From Macrostomum lignano (taxonomy: Eukaryota): a DNA stretch of 64,000 nucleotides. This document shows, in pieces, positions 37,111-48,854 of this stretch (its first letter is position 1; each line of letters opens with the position of its first letter). Made by a program: the position numbers and the translations under genes. The stretch lies in the NCBI GenBank assembly GCA_002269645.1, contig NIVC01001925.1, positions 62,001-126,000 of the forward strand. The letters run 5' to 3'. The notes under the pieces were generated by a model, which was given only the letters and a program-made list of their open reading frames with translations, made no database searches and was not told the origin of the DNA.

Positions 37111-37448
37111 CCCAAGCCGGCCATGGCATTCCGGTAGCTGGTCTGGTGCTCATCGGCGGCCCTCCTCAGCAGCCGAATCCGCAACCCCGAGTCGCACTCT
37201 TTGGCGCACATTGCCAGCACAAAGTCGCAGGCGCTCTGCGTCAGCGAGCGAACAGTTTCGGTTCGGCCGCACAGAAACAGGCGGGTCATTGAGGACTCGT
37301 AGGTCAAAGCGAATTTGCCGTGCATCCGGTAATAAGCCAGGTGCAGCACCATCTGCACGTAAGCGTCCGGGCTCACTTTGAAGCACTTGATGACGCCTTT
37401 GCCGTATTCGTTGAAGTCGCGCACAACCAAATCCAAATCGGCGTTGTT
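37111..37448 (-). CDS. CPT1: CPT1 exon 8
   Basis: FNEYGKGVIKCFKVSPDAYVQMVLHLAYYR...TYESSMTRLFLCGRTETVRS; phase 0-2. Confidence 0.95.
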
Positions 37449-38086
37449 CTGCGATTTTAAAATGTACATTTAAATATTATATTGATTTGCGCTACATGTA
37501 CTACTGATTACGTCATCATGTAAAGTAGCAAAATTAGGATTAGTCTTTAAAATATCGACATTTAAAAAAAAAAACCTACTCGGTGTTGAGCTATGATAAT
37601 TTTAATTGCTTCTATAATTTTAACTAATATGCGATTTCTGTGCCTACGCACTTTTTGTTGGCGTGGGGTGGGTGGCCGAAGTCGTCAGTCGATTGGCTGG
37701 GCCGTGACGACGTCTCTCTCTACCCGGGGCAATCAGGCGTTTCCCCACCCCAGCTTTTCTGCGGGCCGATTGGCCAGTCCTGACTGCCCTTTTATTGTCT
37801 CTCTCTCCAACTTTTTTCCGCGCGCTGATTGGCTGGACTTGGCTGTCGTCTGCTCTCTCCCCCTCCCCCTTTTTGGCATTTATTATATGCCGTCTGGACG
37901 CCCCCCTTTCTTAACTTTTGCTTGTGTGGCGACACGTTAAGTGATTTGCTTTACCTGGACTTTGTCATTGCGAAGACTCAAGTCTATTGCATGTTTAAAT
38001 TTGGGCTCGTATGGATTCGCTCAGCTTGACAAATTTGAATATGTACAAATTTGGACTGTAAGCTGTAAGTAGTAAACGAAGCGCAC

Positions 38087-38586
38087 CTTCAGACTAAACT
38101 GGTAGGCATCGTCAATCTCATTGGCCAGCGATTCGCTGCACCGCCAAACCAGTCGCTCGGGCTGTCGGATCGGCTTTTGAGCGGCCGGGTCCGGGAGGCA
38201 GCGGCCGCAAGAGTCGTAGATCTTATCCGGATTAGCAGCCTCGGCTGTGTACACGAATTCGATCAGGTGGGCGAACACAGGCGCATCTGCCCAGGAGTGC
38301 TCGCAGTGGACAGCGAACCGACCGCTAGGATGGAAGATCAGGTTGGCGTTCTTGTCAAACCAGATGTTGCGCCCGTTGCCGTGCAGGCCCATCTTGCCGC
38401 GTTCGCTGAAGTCGTCGGAGACCGGGTCGGAGCAGAATGACACCACGTTGATGGCGGACTCCAGCGTTGCTAGGAAATCTTTGTTTGCCGAAGCCTCGGA
38501 TTCGAGAAAATGCTGGCGTCGAATTTTCGCCCATTTTGTTCGTTCAAGAGCGGTCAGGGCGGCAAGGCGCGATTCTGATTGGCTGA
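38087..38586 (-). CDS. CPT1: CPT1 exon 7 (catalytic His)
   Basis: RLAALTALERTKWA...HGNGRNIWFDK...EHSWADAP catalytic motif. Confidence 0.95.
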
Positions 38587-38599
38587 CTGCAAATTAGGT

Positions 38600-39085
38600 G
38601 GCGGGGCGGGGTTCTCATTGGCTGTGCAACGGACCACTCCATAAGGGACGAGATTTTAGAGGCAGGGTGGGCGAGGGGGTTCTGATTGGCTGTTCAGCAA
38701 ACCTCTCCATTAGGGGACGAGTTTTAGAGCTGGGGGCGGGTGAGGAGGTTCTGATTGGCTGTTCAGTAGACTTCTCCATTATGGGACGAGATTTTGGAGG
38801 TGTGGTGGGTGAGGCAGGTTCTGATTGGCTGTTCAGCAAACCTCTCCATTAGGGGACGAGATTTTGGAGGTGTGGTGGGTGAGACAGGTTCTGATTGGCT
38901 GTTCAGCAAACCTCTCCATTAGGGGACGAGATTTTGGAGGTGTGGTGGGTGAGACAGGTTCTGATTGGCTGTTCAGCAAACCTTTCCATTAGGGGACGAG
39001 AGTTTGGAGGTTGGGTGGGTAAGGCAGGTTCTGATTGGCTGTTCAGCAAACCTTTCCATTAGGGGACGAGAGTTTGGAGGTTTTG
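38600..39085. repeat. 70 bp tandem repeat containing CTGATTGGCTG (CCAAT box) in CPT1 intron 6
   Basis: CTGATTGGCT at 38821, 38891, 38961 and 39031 (period 70), plus degenerate copies toward the exon. Confidence 0.9.
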
Positions 39086-39145
39086 CATGACTTCTTCGAC
39101 GACACTAAAAGTATACGAAGACGCAGCAATGCTAAGAGCACCCAC

Positions 39146-39275
39146 TGTCGTGCTGCTTGGAATCGTCAACAATCCACTGGAACAGGTCCTCCAATACTCT
39201 GGTAGACAGCACCGCACCATCAGAGTCGTACACGTCAACTTTGTAGTAGTGACCGGAGGACAGGACAATGATGTG
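39146..39275 (-). CDS. CPT1: CPT1 exon 6
   Basis: HIIVLSSGHYYKVDVYD (compare HIVVYHRGRYFKV); AG acceptor, GTGGGT donor, phase 0-1. Confidence 0.88.
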
Positions 39276-39351
39276 CTGAAATTGATTGCGGCAACAGGGC
39301 TAATATAGGCAAAGGCGCATTACACAACTAGGAACTTATATAAATAAATAC

Positions 39352-39406
39352 CTTGCTCTTAGATGACGGATAGTGAACCAGTTCATCGATATCTTCTCCA
39401 GGTACT
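39352..39406 (-). CDS. CPT1: CPT1 exon 5
   Basis: RVPGEDIDELVHYPSSKSK (compare RIPGEETDTIQH). Confidence 0.88.
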
Positions 39407-39478
39407 CTGCAATTTTTATGCAATAATTTGTAACACGCACTATTTAAACAGATGGCCTACCCGGGTCTCTCGGTTTAC

Positions 39479-39610
39479 CTTGTAGTTGAAAATGCCCTCT
39501 CGTACTGGCTCATGCAGACCGGGATGGTGCTGCGGATCAGAAGCGGCTCGATCTGCTCCCTGTCGAGCATTCGTTTCACCCGCAACAGGTGATGCACAAT
39601 GTAGCCGGCT
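39479..39610 (-). CDS. CPT1: CPT1 exon 4
   Basis: RAGYIVHHLL...IPVCMSQYERAFSTTR. Confidence 0.92.
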
Positions 39611-39677
39611 CTGCGAGTGAACAAGCAATTGGTATTCAGCTTTATAGCCATTCAAAAACTATACTAGGAACAGGAGA

Positions 39678-39739
39678 GGCCCTAGCCTAGCGGTCTAGCG
39701 CGTCGTTCTGATGCGCGGAAGGTCCCGAGTTCGAATCCG
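39678..39739 (+). mobile_element. tRNA-derived SINE head or tRNA-like remnant in CPT1 intron 3
   Basis: A box TAGCCTAGCGG and B box GAGTTCGAATCC; anticodon and acceptor stems do not pair. Confidence 0.55.
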
Positions 39740-39775
39740 TTCACACGACTGAAAATCCAGTTCAAGTACACTTAC

Positions 39776-39880
39776 CGAGCTGCCGGATTTGAAGTTGGCT
39801 TGAAGTAGCTGTGATCCAGGATGTAATAATTGCTGTTGATTGGCAGTGGCGATCGGCTCATCAGGTAGACATATTTCTCC
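39776..39880 (-). CDS. CPT1: CPT1 exon 3
   Basis: WEKYVYLMSRSPLPINSNYY matches CPT1 [21 protein letters not shown]. Confidence 0.93.
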
Positions 39881-40029
39881 CTGGGAATTGGGAAAGCGGT
39901 GTGTTCTCCCATCTCTTTACTCTTCCCCATGCACTCTAACCCCCACCGCTTCTCATCCTTCCTAACTATTAATTCTAATTCATCCTAATTCACATTCCTA
40001 TTCACTCAAAGCATCTATCAAACTCACCC

Positions 40030-40550
40030 CAATCACTCTCATCCCCAGTGACTCTTACCTCCATTCACTCTCACCCCATTAACTCTCACCCCATTCACTC
40101 TCACCCCATTAACTCTCACCCCATTCACTCTCACCACATTCACTCTCACCCCCATTCACTTGCATCCCATTCACTCTCACTTCCATTCAACTGCACCCCA
40201 TTCACTCTCATCCCATTCACTTGCATCCCATTTAATCCCCCCATTCACTCTCACCCACAGTGACTCTTAACTCCATTCACTCTCACCCTCATTCACTCTC
40301 ATCCCATTCACTCTCATCCCATTCACTCTCATCCCATTCACTCTCATCCCATTCACTCTCATCCCATTCACTCTCATCCCATTCACTCTCATCCCATTCA
40401 CTCTCATCCCATTCACTCTCATCCCATTCACTCTCATCTTATTCAATCTCACACCCATTCAATCTCACCCCCATTCACTCTCACCCCCAGTCACTTGCAC
40501 CCCATTCACTCTCACCCCCAGTCACTTGCACCCCATTCACTCTCACAAAC
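40030..40550. repeat. 15 bp minisatellite CCATTCACTCTCATC in CPT1 intron 2
   Basis: Direct copies. Confidence 0.92.
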
Positions 40551-40605
40551 ATTTATTATTTTGCGTTAACTAAAAACGGCACAGAACAGCAGTCCGCGCA
40601 CTCAC

Positions 40606-41187
40606 CACCAATCCGTGACATAGTTGGGGGCCCACCAGGACTTCAGCTGCAGCACCCGCTGCAATTTGTACCCGATGGATTTCTCAAATTCAGCCGCCTG
40701 CCGTTTGAATTCTCGCACCTGACCGCTGTCCTGGCCGTACAGCGGAGTCAAGCTGTCAATCAGCTGGTCGAGAGTCCGCCTGAGCGGTGGAACAGGCATC
40801 CTGGGCAGCGCGGCCTGGCAAGAGTAGGTGCTGGGCTTGTAGCCGGACACGATCTTCACTAGCAGGCCCCAGGCCAGGGTAGTCCAGCTCTGCGTCCTCG
40901 GCGGCTGGTACATCCAGCCTTTGTAGGACAGCAGCGCTCTCAGAGCGTACCTGCGCAGGTACAGCAGCAGTATGAAGAATATCAGGCCGAATGCTATGGC
41001 AACTAGCGGCACTCGAATAGTGTAGGGAATCGAGTCCCCGATGTTCAGCACTTCCGCCAGGTGCCACAGCCGGCTGGTGAAGCCGCCAGCCCAGGCCGGG
41101 TGCCAGAACAGCAGCAGGGTCACCAGGCCAGTGGTCACCATCAGGTTGTAGATGTGGGTGGGCCACAGCCCGTTGTAGATTGAGTTC
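40606..41187 (-). CDS. CPT1: CPT1 exon 2 (two TM segments and start of the catalytic domain)
   Basis: LRALLSYKGWMY...YSCQAALPRMPVPPLRRT...LQLKSWWAPNYVTDWW. Confidence 0.95.
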
Positions 41188-41229
41188 CTGCAGGGTGGGG
41201 CATGTGGCTGCATGTGATCTGCCTTCCAC

Positions 41230-43940
41230 ACACTCTCACTGTCCTCACTGTCTCCCTCACTGTCCTCACTGTCTCCCTTACTGTCCTCACTGTCTCCACA
41301 CTGTCCTCACTGTCTCCCCCACTGTCCTCACTGTCTCCCTTACTGTCCTCACTGTCTCCCCCACTGTCCTCACTGTCTCCCCCACTGTCCTCACTGTCTC
41401 CCTCACTGTCCTCACTGTCTCCCTTACTGTCCTCACTGTCTCCCCCACTGTCCTCACTGTCTCCCCCACTGTCCTCACTGTCTCCCCCACTGTCCTCACT
41501 GTCTCCCCCACTGTCCTCACTGTCTCCCCCACTGTCCTCACTGTCTCCCCCACTGTCCTCACTGTCTCCCTCTCTTCCCTCACTGTCTCCCTCCCTTCCC
41601 CCACTGTCTCCCACTCTTCCCTCACTGTCTCCCACTCTTCCCTCACTGTCTCCCACTCTTCCCTCACTGTCTCCCACTCTTCCCTCACTGTCTCCCTCTC
41701 TTCCCTCACTGTCTCCCTCTCTTCCCTCACTGTCTCCCTCTCTTCCTTCACTGTCTGCCTCTCTTCCTCACTGTCTCCCTCTCTTCCCTCACTGTCTCCC
41801 TCTCTTCCCTCACTGTCTCCCTCTCTTCCCTCACTGTCTCCCTCTCTTCCCTCACTGCCTCCCTCTCTCCCCCCACTGTCTCCCTCTCTTCCCTCACTGT
41901 CTCCCTCTCTCCCCCACTGTCTCCCTCTCTTCCCTCACTGTCTCCCTCTCTTCCCTCACTGTCTCCCTCTCTTCCATCACTGTCTCCCTCTCTTCCCTCA
42001 CTGTCTCCCTCTCTTCCTCACTGTCTCCCTCTCTTCCTTCACTGTCTGCCTCTCTTCCTCACTGTCTCCCTCTCTTCCCTCACTGTCTCCTTCTCTTCCC
42101 TCACTGTCTCCCTCTCTTCCCTCACTGTCTCCCTCTCTTCCCTCACTGTCTCCCTCTCTTCCATCACCGTCTCCCTCTCTTCCTCACTGTCTCCCTCTCT
42201 TCCCCCACTGTCTCCCTTTCTTCCCTCACTGTCTCCCTCTCTTCCTCACTGTCTCCCTCTCTTCCTCACTGTCTCCCTCTCTTCCTCACTGTCTCCCTCT
42301 CTTCCTCACTGTCTCCCTCTCTTCCCTCACTGTCTCCCTCTCTTCCATCACTGTCTCCCTCTCTTCCTCACTGTCTCCCTCTCTTCCCCCACTGTCTCCC
42401 TTTCTTCCCTCACTGTCTCCCTCTCTTCCTCACTGTCTCCCTCTCTTCCTCACTGTCTCCCTCTCTTCCTCACTGTCTCCCTCTCTTCCTCACTGTCTCC
42501 CTCTCTTCCCTCACTGTCTCCCTCTCTTCCCTCACTGTCTCCCTCTCTTCCCTCACTGTCTCCCTCTCTTCCCTCACTGTCTCCCTCTCTTCCCTCACTG
42601 TCTCCCTCTCTTCCTCACTGCCTCCCTCTCTCCCCCCACTGTCTCCCTCTCTTCCCTCACTGTCTCCCTCTCTCCCCCACTGTCTCCCTCTCTTCCCTCA
42701 CTGTCTCCCTCTCTTCCTCACTGTCTCCCTCTCTTCCTCACTGTCTCCCTCTCTTCCTCACTGTCTCCCTCTCTTCCCTCACTGTCTCCCTCTCTTCCTC
42801 ACTGTCTCCCTCTCTCCCCCCACTGTCTCCCTCTCTTCCTCACTGTCTCCCTCTCTTCCATCACTGTCTCCCTCTCTTCCCCCACTGTCTCCCTCTCTTC
42901 CCTCACTGTCTCCCTCTCTTCCTCACTGTCTCCCTCTCTTCCCTCACTGTCTCCCTCTCTTCCTCACTGTCTCCCTCTCTTCCTCACTGTCTCCCTCTCT
43001 CCCCCACTGTCTCCCTCTCTTCCCTCACTGTCTCCCTCTCTTCCCCACTGTCTCCCTCTCTTCCTCACTGTCTCCCTCTCTTCCATCACTGTCTCCCTCT
43101 CTTCCATCACTGTCTCCCTCTCTTCCCTCACTGTCTCCCTCTCTTCCCTCACTGTCTCCCTCTCTTCCTCACTGTCTCCCTCTCTTCCTCACTGTCTCCC
43201 TCTCTTCCCTCACTGTCTCCCTCTCTTCCTCACTGTCTCCCTCTCTTCCTCACTGTCTCCCTCTCTCCCCCACTGTCTCCCTCTCTTCCCTCACTGTCTC
43301 CCTCTCTTCCCCACTGTCTCCCTCTCTTCCCTCACTGTCTGCCTCTCTTTCTCACTGTCTCCCTCTCTTCCCTCACTGTCTCCCTCTCTCCCCCACTGTC
43401 TCCCTCTCTTCCCTCACTGTCTCCCTCTCTTCCATCACTGTCTCCCTCTCTTCCCTCACTGTCTCCCTCTCTTCCCTCACTGTCTCCCTCTCTTCCATCA
43501 CTGTCTCCCTCTCTTCCCTCACTGTCTCCCTCTCTCCCCTCACTGTCTCCCTCTCTCCCCCCACTGTCTCCCTCTCTTCCTCACTGTCTCCCTCTCTTCC
43601 ATCACTGTCTCCCTCTCTCCCCCCACTGTCTCCCTCTCTTCCATCACTGTCTCCCTCTCTTCCCTCACTGTCTCCCTCTCTCCCCCACTGTCTCGCTCTC
43701 TTCCCTCACTGTCTCCCTCTCTTCCCCACTGTCTCCCTCTCTTCCCTCACTGTCTGCCTCTCTTTCTCACTGTCTCCCTCTCTTCCCTCACTGTCTCCCT
43801 CTCTTCCCTCACTGTCTCCCTCTCTTCCCTCACTGTCTCCCTCTCTCCCCTCACTGTCTCCCTCTCTTCCCTCACTGTCTCCCTCTCTTCCCTCACTGTC
43901 TCCCTCTCTCCCCCCACTGTCTCCCTCTCCCTCACTGTCT
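41230..43940. repeat. 20-21 bp CT-rich minisatellite CTCACTGTCTCCCTCTCTTCC filling CPT1 intron 1
   Basis: About 125 copies; source of the spurious 977 and 921 aa ORFs. Confidence 0.97.
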
Positions 43941-43960
43941 GCCACGCAAAAAGCTCCCAC

Positions 43961-44091
43961 CTGGTAGCGAAGAATCTTCGAACCAGGGACTTCCGCCAGG
44001 CTCTGGCAGCGTCCCGCAGGGTGTCCCGGCCCTCCTGCATCTGGCCAGCCGCCAGCTTCGGCTCCGAGACGGCCACTCGAGCTTCGGCCAT
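43961..44091 (-). CDS. CPT1: CPT1 exon 1 (coding)
   Basis: MAEARVAV...AWRKSLVRRF resembles CPT1 MAEAHQAV...SWKKKFIRF; donor GTGGGA; spliced product 781 aa. Confidence 0.88.
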
Positions 44092-44319
44092 TCTGTTCGA
44101 ATTTGAAGATTAGCGCAGCTCAAAATATTGATAATGGCTCGTTTAGTTTTTCTGCGAATTGGCTGGTGCAACTGGTGGCTGCAATTTCGAAGGTTGCTTT
44201 GGCGTTTGATGCGGCTCTTGGCATTGACTTGAGTAGGTAATATAGCCATTGAAGCCATACGATAAGTACAGATGATTTGTAAACGTTAACGTTTATTCAT
44301 ATTACAATCATCAAGATTG

Positions 44320-44755
44320 GTCATGGGTAAACGGTCATTAAGTGTGGTCATAGGTAAACTATCATTCAGATTGGTCATAGGTAAACGGTCATTAAGTTTG
44401 GTCATAGGTAAACGGTCATTAAGTTTGGTCATAGGTAAACGGTCATTAAGATTGGTCATAGGTAAATGGTCATTAAGATTGGTCATAGTTAAACGGTCAT
44501 TAAGATTGGTCATAGGTAAATGGTCATTAAGATTGGTCATAGGTAAATGGTCATTAAGATTGGTCATAGGTAAACGGTCATTAAGATTGGTCATAGGTAA
44601 ACGGTCATTAAGATTGGTCATAGGTAAATGGTCATTAAGATTGGTCATAGGTAAACGGTCATTAAGATTGGTCATAGGTAAACGGTCATTAAGATTGGTC
44701 ATAGGTAAACGGTCATTAAGATTGGTCATAGGTAAACGGTCATTAAGATTTTTCA
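44320..44755. repeat. 27 bp minisatellite GGTAAACGGTCATTAAGATTGGTCATA
   Basis: About 16 copies upstream of the CPT1 ATG. Confidence 0.95.
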
Positions 44756-45234
44756 TAGGTAAACAAAATATAAGAAAGAAACAATGATGAATGTATTGTA
44801 TCAGAATATTTATATTTAACACGGTAATCCAATATATTCTCAAGCAGAGTTGATTGCATAGCAGTGCATGGAGTTGAATGATTACAGATATACAATCTAT
44901 GTACATATTTAAAGCAGGTATTTGTTACATCTCGCTAACAATAAATGAAAATCGAATACCTGAAAGTCTGTTAGCTCAAAATTTCAATATTAACTGCACA
45001 TGCAGCAAGAGAAGCAGACAAACTCTGATTGGAGATTATACAATTGATTTATAATAGCATTTTAAACCAATTTATCGCAGATTTGAGCAAAATGTTGATA
45101 ACACATGGAACGCAAGTTAGTTAGCATTTTAGTTAACACAAAACAATGATTGCGCTTGAAAACCTACAGGCAGAACCGTTGAAAATACGTCAGCGAATGA
45201 GCTGATTGCTGCAGCGGAGCCTCGGGTGACGTGT

Positions 45235-45615
45235 GGGTAGAGTGTGGGGCGGAGTGTGGGGTAGAGTTTTGGGTGGAGTTTGGGGCGGAGTATGGGGTAG
45301 AGTGTGGGGGTGGAGTATTGGGTGGAGTGTGGGGTGGAGTATGGGGTAGAGTGTGGGGGTGGAGTATTGTGTGGAGTGTGGGGTGGAGTATGGGGTGGAG
45401 TGTGGGGGTGGGGTATTGGGTGGAGTGTGGGGTGGAGTATGGGGTAGAGTGTGGGGTGGAGTATTGGGTGGATTTTGAGGTTGAGTGTGGGGTAGAGTGT
45501 GGGGTGGAGTGTGGGTTGTAGTACTGGGTGGAGTGTGGGTTAGAGTGTAAGGTGGAGTATTGGGTCGAGTGTGGGTTGGAGTGTGGGGTGGAGTGTGGGG
45601 TGGAGTGTGGGGTAG
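45235..45615. repeat. 12 bp G-rich tandem repeat GGAGTGTGGGGT
   Basis: About 30 degenerate copies. Confidence 0.9.
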
Positions 45616-46009
45616 GCGATGGGTGGGTGAAGGTGCAGGTTGGCAGGAACCGTGATTGGCCGCTAAGGCTTACAATAACAAACAAGCAGAAGTAAAGTAA
45701 CGGACTGGTCCCAAATCATAGGTGTGTGTAATTAAAATTTAACAGTTAAAACAATAAAACAATTAAAAATCCCTAAATTACAAATTGACATTAAACAGGT
45801 CAGGATGCATTTGCAGTCTCCATGAACCACACTCTTGCATCAAAATCTTCAAAGTTAAAAGATAAATAAAAGACCGTATACTCTACATAAAAACATGGTA
45901 GGACGGAGACTCATAATTTGGAATAGAATCAGCAGATATCCGGACGTGTGCGGCCATCTGATATGGACTTTTTCCGCTAGTCAGGTCCTTAAAAGCGCAG
46001 TAAAAAAAC

Positions 46010-46200
46010 CGCATATTTCTACTATCAGTTGAATAGTTTGAAGTACACAGAAAAAATGTGCTAATTTCTACTATCAGTAGAGTAGTTTGAAGTGCACAGA
46101 AAAAATGTGCATAGTTCTACTGCCAGTAGAATAGTTTGGAATGCACAGAAAAAAATGTGCATATTTCTACTACCAGTAGAGCAGTTGGATGCACATAATT
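46010..46200. repeat. ~50 bp tandem repeat (4 copies) just downstream of the SMURF stop
   Basis: TTTCTACTATCAGTAGAGTAGTTTGAAGTGCACAGAAAAAATGTGCATA-like units. Confidence 0.8.
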
Positions 46201-46224
46201 TTCTGCAAACTATAATTTAAAATA

Positions 46225-46431
46225 TCATTCAACATTAAAGCCACATGTTTCTTCAACTGCTTGCAGAAGTTTCGCCCTCAGCTGGGCCGCGCTTTCGTAA
46301 ACTGGCAGGTCCAATCTGTTGAAGCAGGTGTGCGCAACTGGCAAACTGCGCGTGTCCAAGTCGCACACTAGCTGCAGAGTGAACAGCCGGGCCTCGGAGC
46401 CGCCTACGGAGCCGCGCAGGGCTGAGAAGCC
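46225..46431 (-). CDS. SMURF: SMURF HECT E3 ubiquitin ligase, exon 8 (terminal, catalytic Cys)
   Basis: GFSALRGS...LPVAHTCFNRLDLPVYES...LLQAVEETCGFNVE*. Confidence 0.95.
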   Translation of the reverse strand, partial: GFSALRGSVGGSEARLFTLQLVCDLDTRSLPVAHTCFNRLDLPVYESAAQLRAKLLQAVEETCGFNVE

Positions 46432-46482
46432 CTGGAGACAGGAAAGTTTTGAAGGATGGAAGGATAGAATTCGTGTCCAATG

Positions 46483-48510
46483 GCATCGGGCAGCTAGGCT
46501 GCTACAGCCATTGGGTAGCTAGGCTACTACAGCCATTGGCTAGCTAGGCTACTACAGGCATCGGGTAGCTGGGCTGCTACAGCCATTGGGTAGCTAGGCT
46601 ACTACAGCCATTGGGTTGCTAGGCTACTACAGGCATTGGGTTGCTAGGCTACTACAGGCATTGGGTTGCTAGGCTACTACAGGCATTGGGTAGCTAGGCT
46701 ACTACAGGAATCAGGTAGCTAGGCTACTACAGCCATCGGGTAGCTAGGCTACTACAGGCATTGGGTAGCTAGACTACTACAGCCATCGGGTAGCTAGACT
46801 ACTACAGGCATTGGGTAGCTAGGCTACTACAGGCATTGGGTAGCTAGACTACTACAGCCATTGGGTAGCTAAACTACTACAGCCATCGGGTAGCTAGACT
46901 ACTACAGCCATCGGGTAGCTAGACTACTACAGCCATTGGGTAGCTAGGCTACTACAGCCCTTGGGTAGCTAGACTACTACAGCCATCGGGTAGCTAGACT
47001 ACTACAGGCATTGGGTAGCTAGACTACTACAGCCATCGGGTAGCTAGACTACTACAGCCATTGGGTAGCTAGGCTACTACAGCCCTTGGGTAGCTAGACT
47101 ACTACAGCCATCGGGTAGCTAGACTACTACAGCCATTGGGTAGCTAGACTACTACAGCCATTGGGTAGCTAGACTACTACAGCCATTGTGTAGCTAGACT
47201 ACTACAGTCATTGGGTAGCTAGACTACTACAGCCATTGGGTAGCTAGATTACTACAGCCATTGGGTTGCTAGGCTACTACAGGCATTGGGTTGCTAGGCT
47301 ACTACAGGCATTGGGTTGCTAGGCTACTACAGGCATTGGGTAGCTAGGCTACTACAGGAATCAGGTAGCTAGGCTACTACAGCCATTGGGTAGCTAGGCT
47401 ACTACAGGCATTGGGTAGCTAGACTACTACAGCCATCGGGTAGCTAGACTACTACAGGCATTGGGTAGCTAGGCTACTACAGGCATTGGTAGCTAAACTA
47501 CTACAGCCATTGGGTAGCTAAACTACTACAGCCATCGGGTAGCTAGACTACTACAGCCATCGGGTAGCTAGACTACTACAGCCATTGTGTAGCTAGGCTA
47601 CTACAGCCCTTGGGTAGCTAGACTACTACAGCCATCGGGTAGCTAGACTACTACAGCCATTGGGTAGCTAGACTACTACAGCCATCGGGTAGCTAGACTA
47701 CTACAGCCATTGGGTAGCTAGGCTACTACAGCCCTTGGGTAGCTAGACTACTACAGCCATCGGGTAGCTAGACTACTACAGCCATTGGGTAGCTAGACTA
47801 CTACAGCCATTGGGTAGCTAGACTACTACAGCCATTGGGTAGCTAGACTACTACAGTCATTGGGTAGCTAGACTACTACAGCCATTGGGTAGCTAGACTA
47901 CTACAGCCATTGGGTAGCTAGACTACTACAGCCATTGGGTAGCTAGACTACTACAGGCATTGGGTAGCTAGGCTACTACAGCCATTGGGTAGCTAGGCTA
48001 CTACAGCCATTGGGTAGCTAGACTACTACAGCCATTGGGTAGCTAGGCTACTACAGCCATTGGGTAGCTAGGCTACAACAGCCATTGGGTAGCTAGACTA
48101 CTACAGCCATTGGGTAGCTAGACTACTACAGCCATCGGGTAGCTAGGCTACTACAGCCATTGGGTAGCTAGGCTGCTACAGCCATTGGGTAGCTAGGCTA
48201 CTACAGCCATTGGGTAGCTAGACTACTACAGCCATCGGGTAGCTAGGCTACTACAGGCATCGGGTAGCTAGACTACTACAGCCATCGGGTAGCTAGGCTA
48301 CTACAGCCATTGGGTAGCTAGGCTACTACAGCCATCGGGTAGCTAAACTACTACAGCCATCGGGTAGCTAGGCTACTACAGGCATTGGGTAGCTAGGCTA
48401 CTACAGGCATTGGGTAGCTAGGCTACTACAGGCATTGGGTAGCTAGGCTACTAAAGGCATTGGGTAGCTAGGCTACTACAGGCATTGGGTAGCTAGGCTA
48501 CTACAGGCTA
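46483..48510. repeat. 25 bp minisatellite GCCATTGGGTAGCTAGACTACTACA in SMURF intron 7
   Basis: About 80 copies. Confidence 0.97.
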
Positions 48511-48526
48511 GATCATAGCAGCGCAC

Positions 48527-48811
48527 CTGCAGCGGCAGCCGACTCGAGCCGGTGACAAACTGCAGCAGGCGGGCCCGCTGCTCGGGGCTGAAGGATTCCA
48601 CGGCCTCCCAGAACCAGCGCACGACGGCGTCATCGTGACGGCACCGTTTCAGCCGGGTGTTGCTGCGCCAGTCATCTACGTCAATCCTGCCGAGGCCATT
48701 CAGCATCAGCTCGAGCTCGCGCTCGTCGAAATCTCGCAGCGCCGGGAGACGGTCGGGCGGCAGCAGCTCGTGGAAGCCTCGCTGCAGAGCCAGCAGCTGC
48801 GCCTCGATGCC
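48527..48811 (-). CDS. SMURF: SMURF exon 7 (HECT)
   Basis: GIEAQLLALQRGF...FDERELELML...RARLLQFVTGSSRLPLQ. Confidence 0.95.
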
Positions 48812-48854
48812 CTGCGAATGGGGAGCAGCGTTCAAGGCCGCTGTGCTTCTCTGG

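Noticed and set aside
39678-39750. Functional tRNA gene (also considered at 20557-20623)
   Set aside because: A/B boxes are present but the anticodon and acceptor stems do not pair; treated as SINE heads.
41180-44113. 977 aa and 921 aa ORFs, and similar long ORFs at 17155, 22499, 26730 (5' part), 30625, 34622-35911, 48657-50531, 51219-52049, 52872 (5' part) and 59820-61820
   Set aside because: These are translations of stop-free minisatellites lying in introns of well-supported genes or between genes; they are periodic, low-complexity and occur in several frames.
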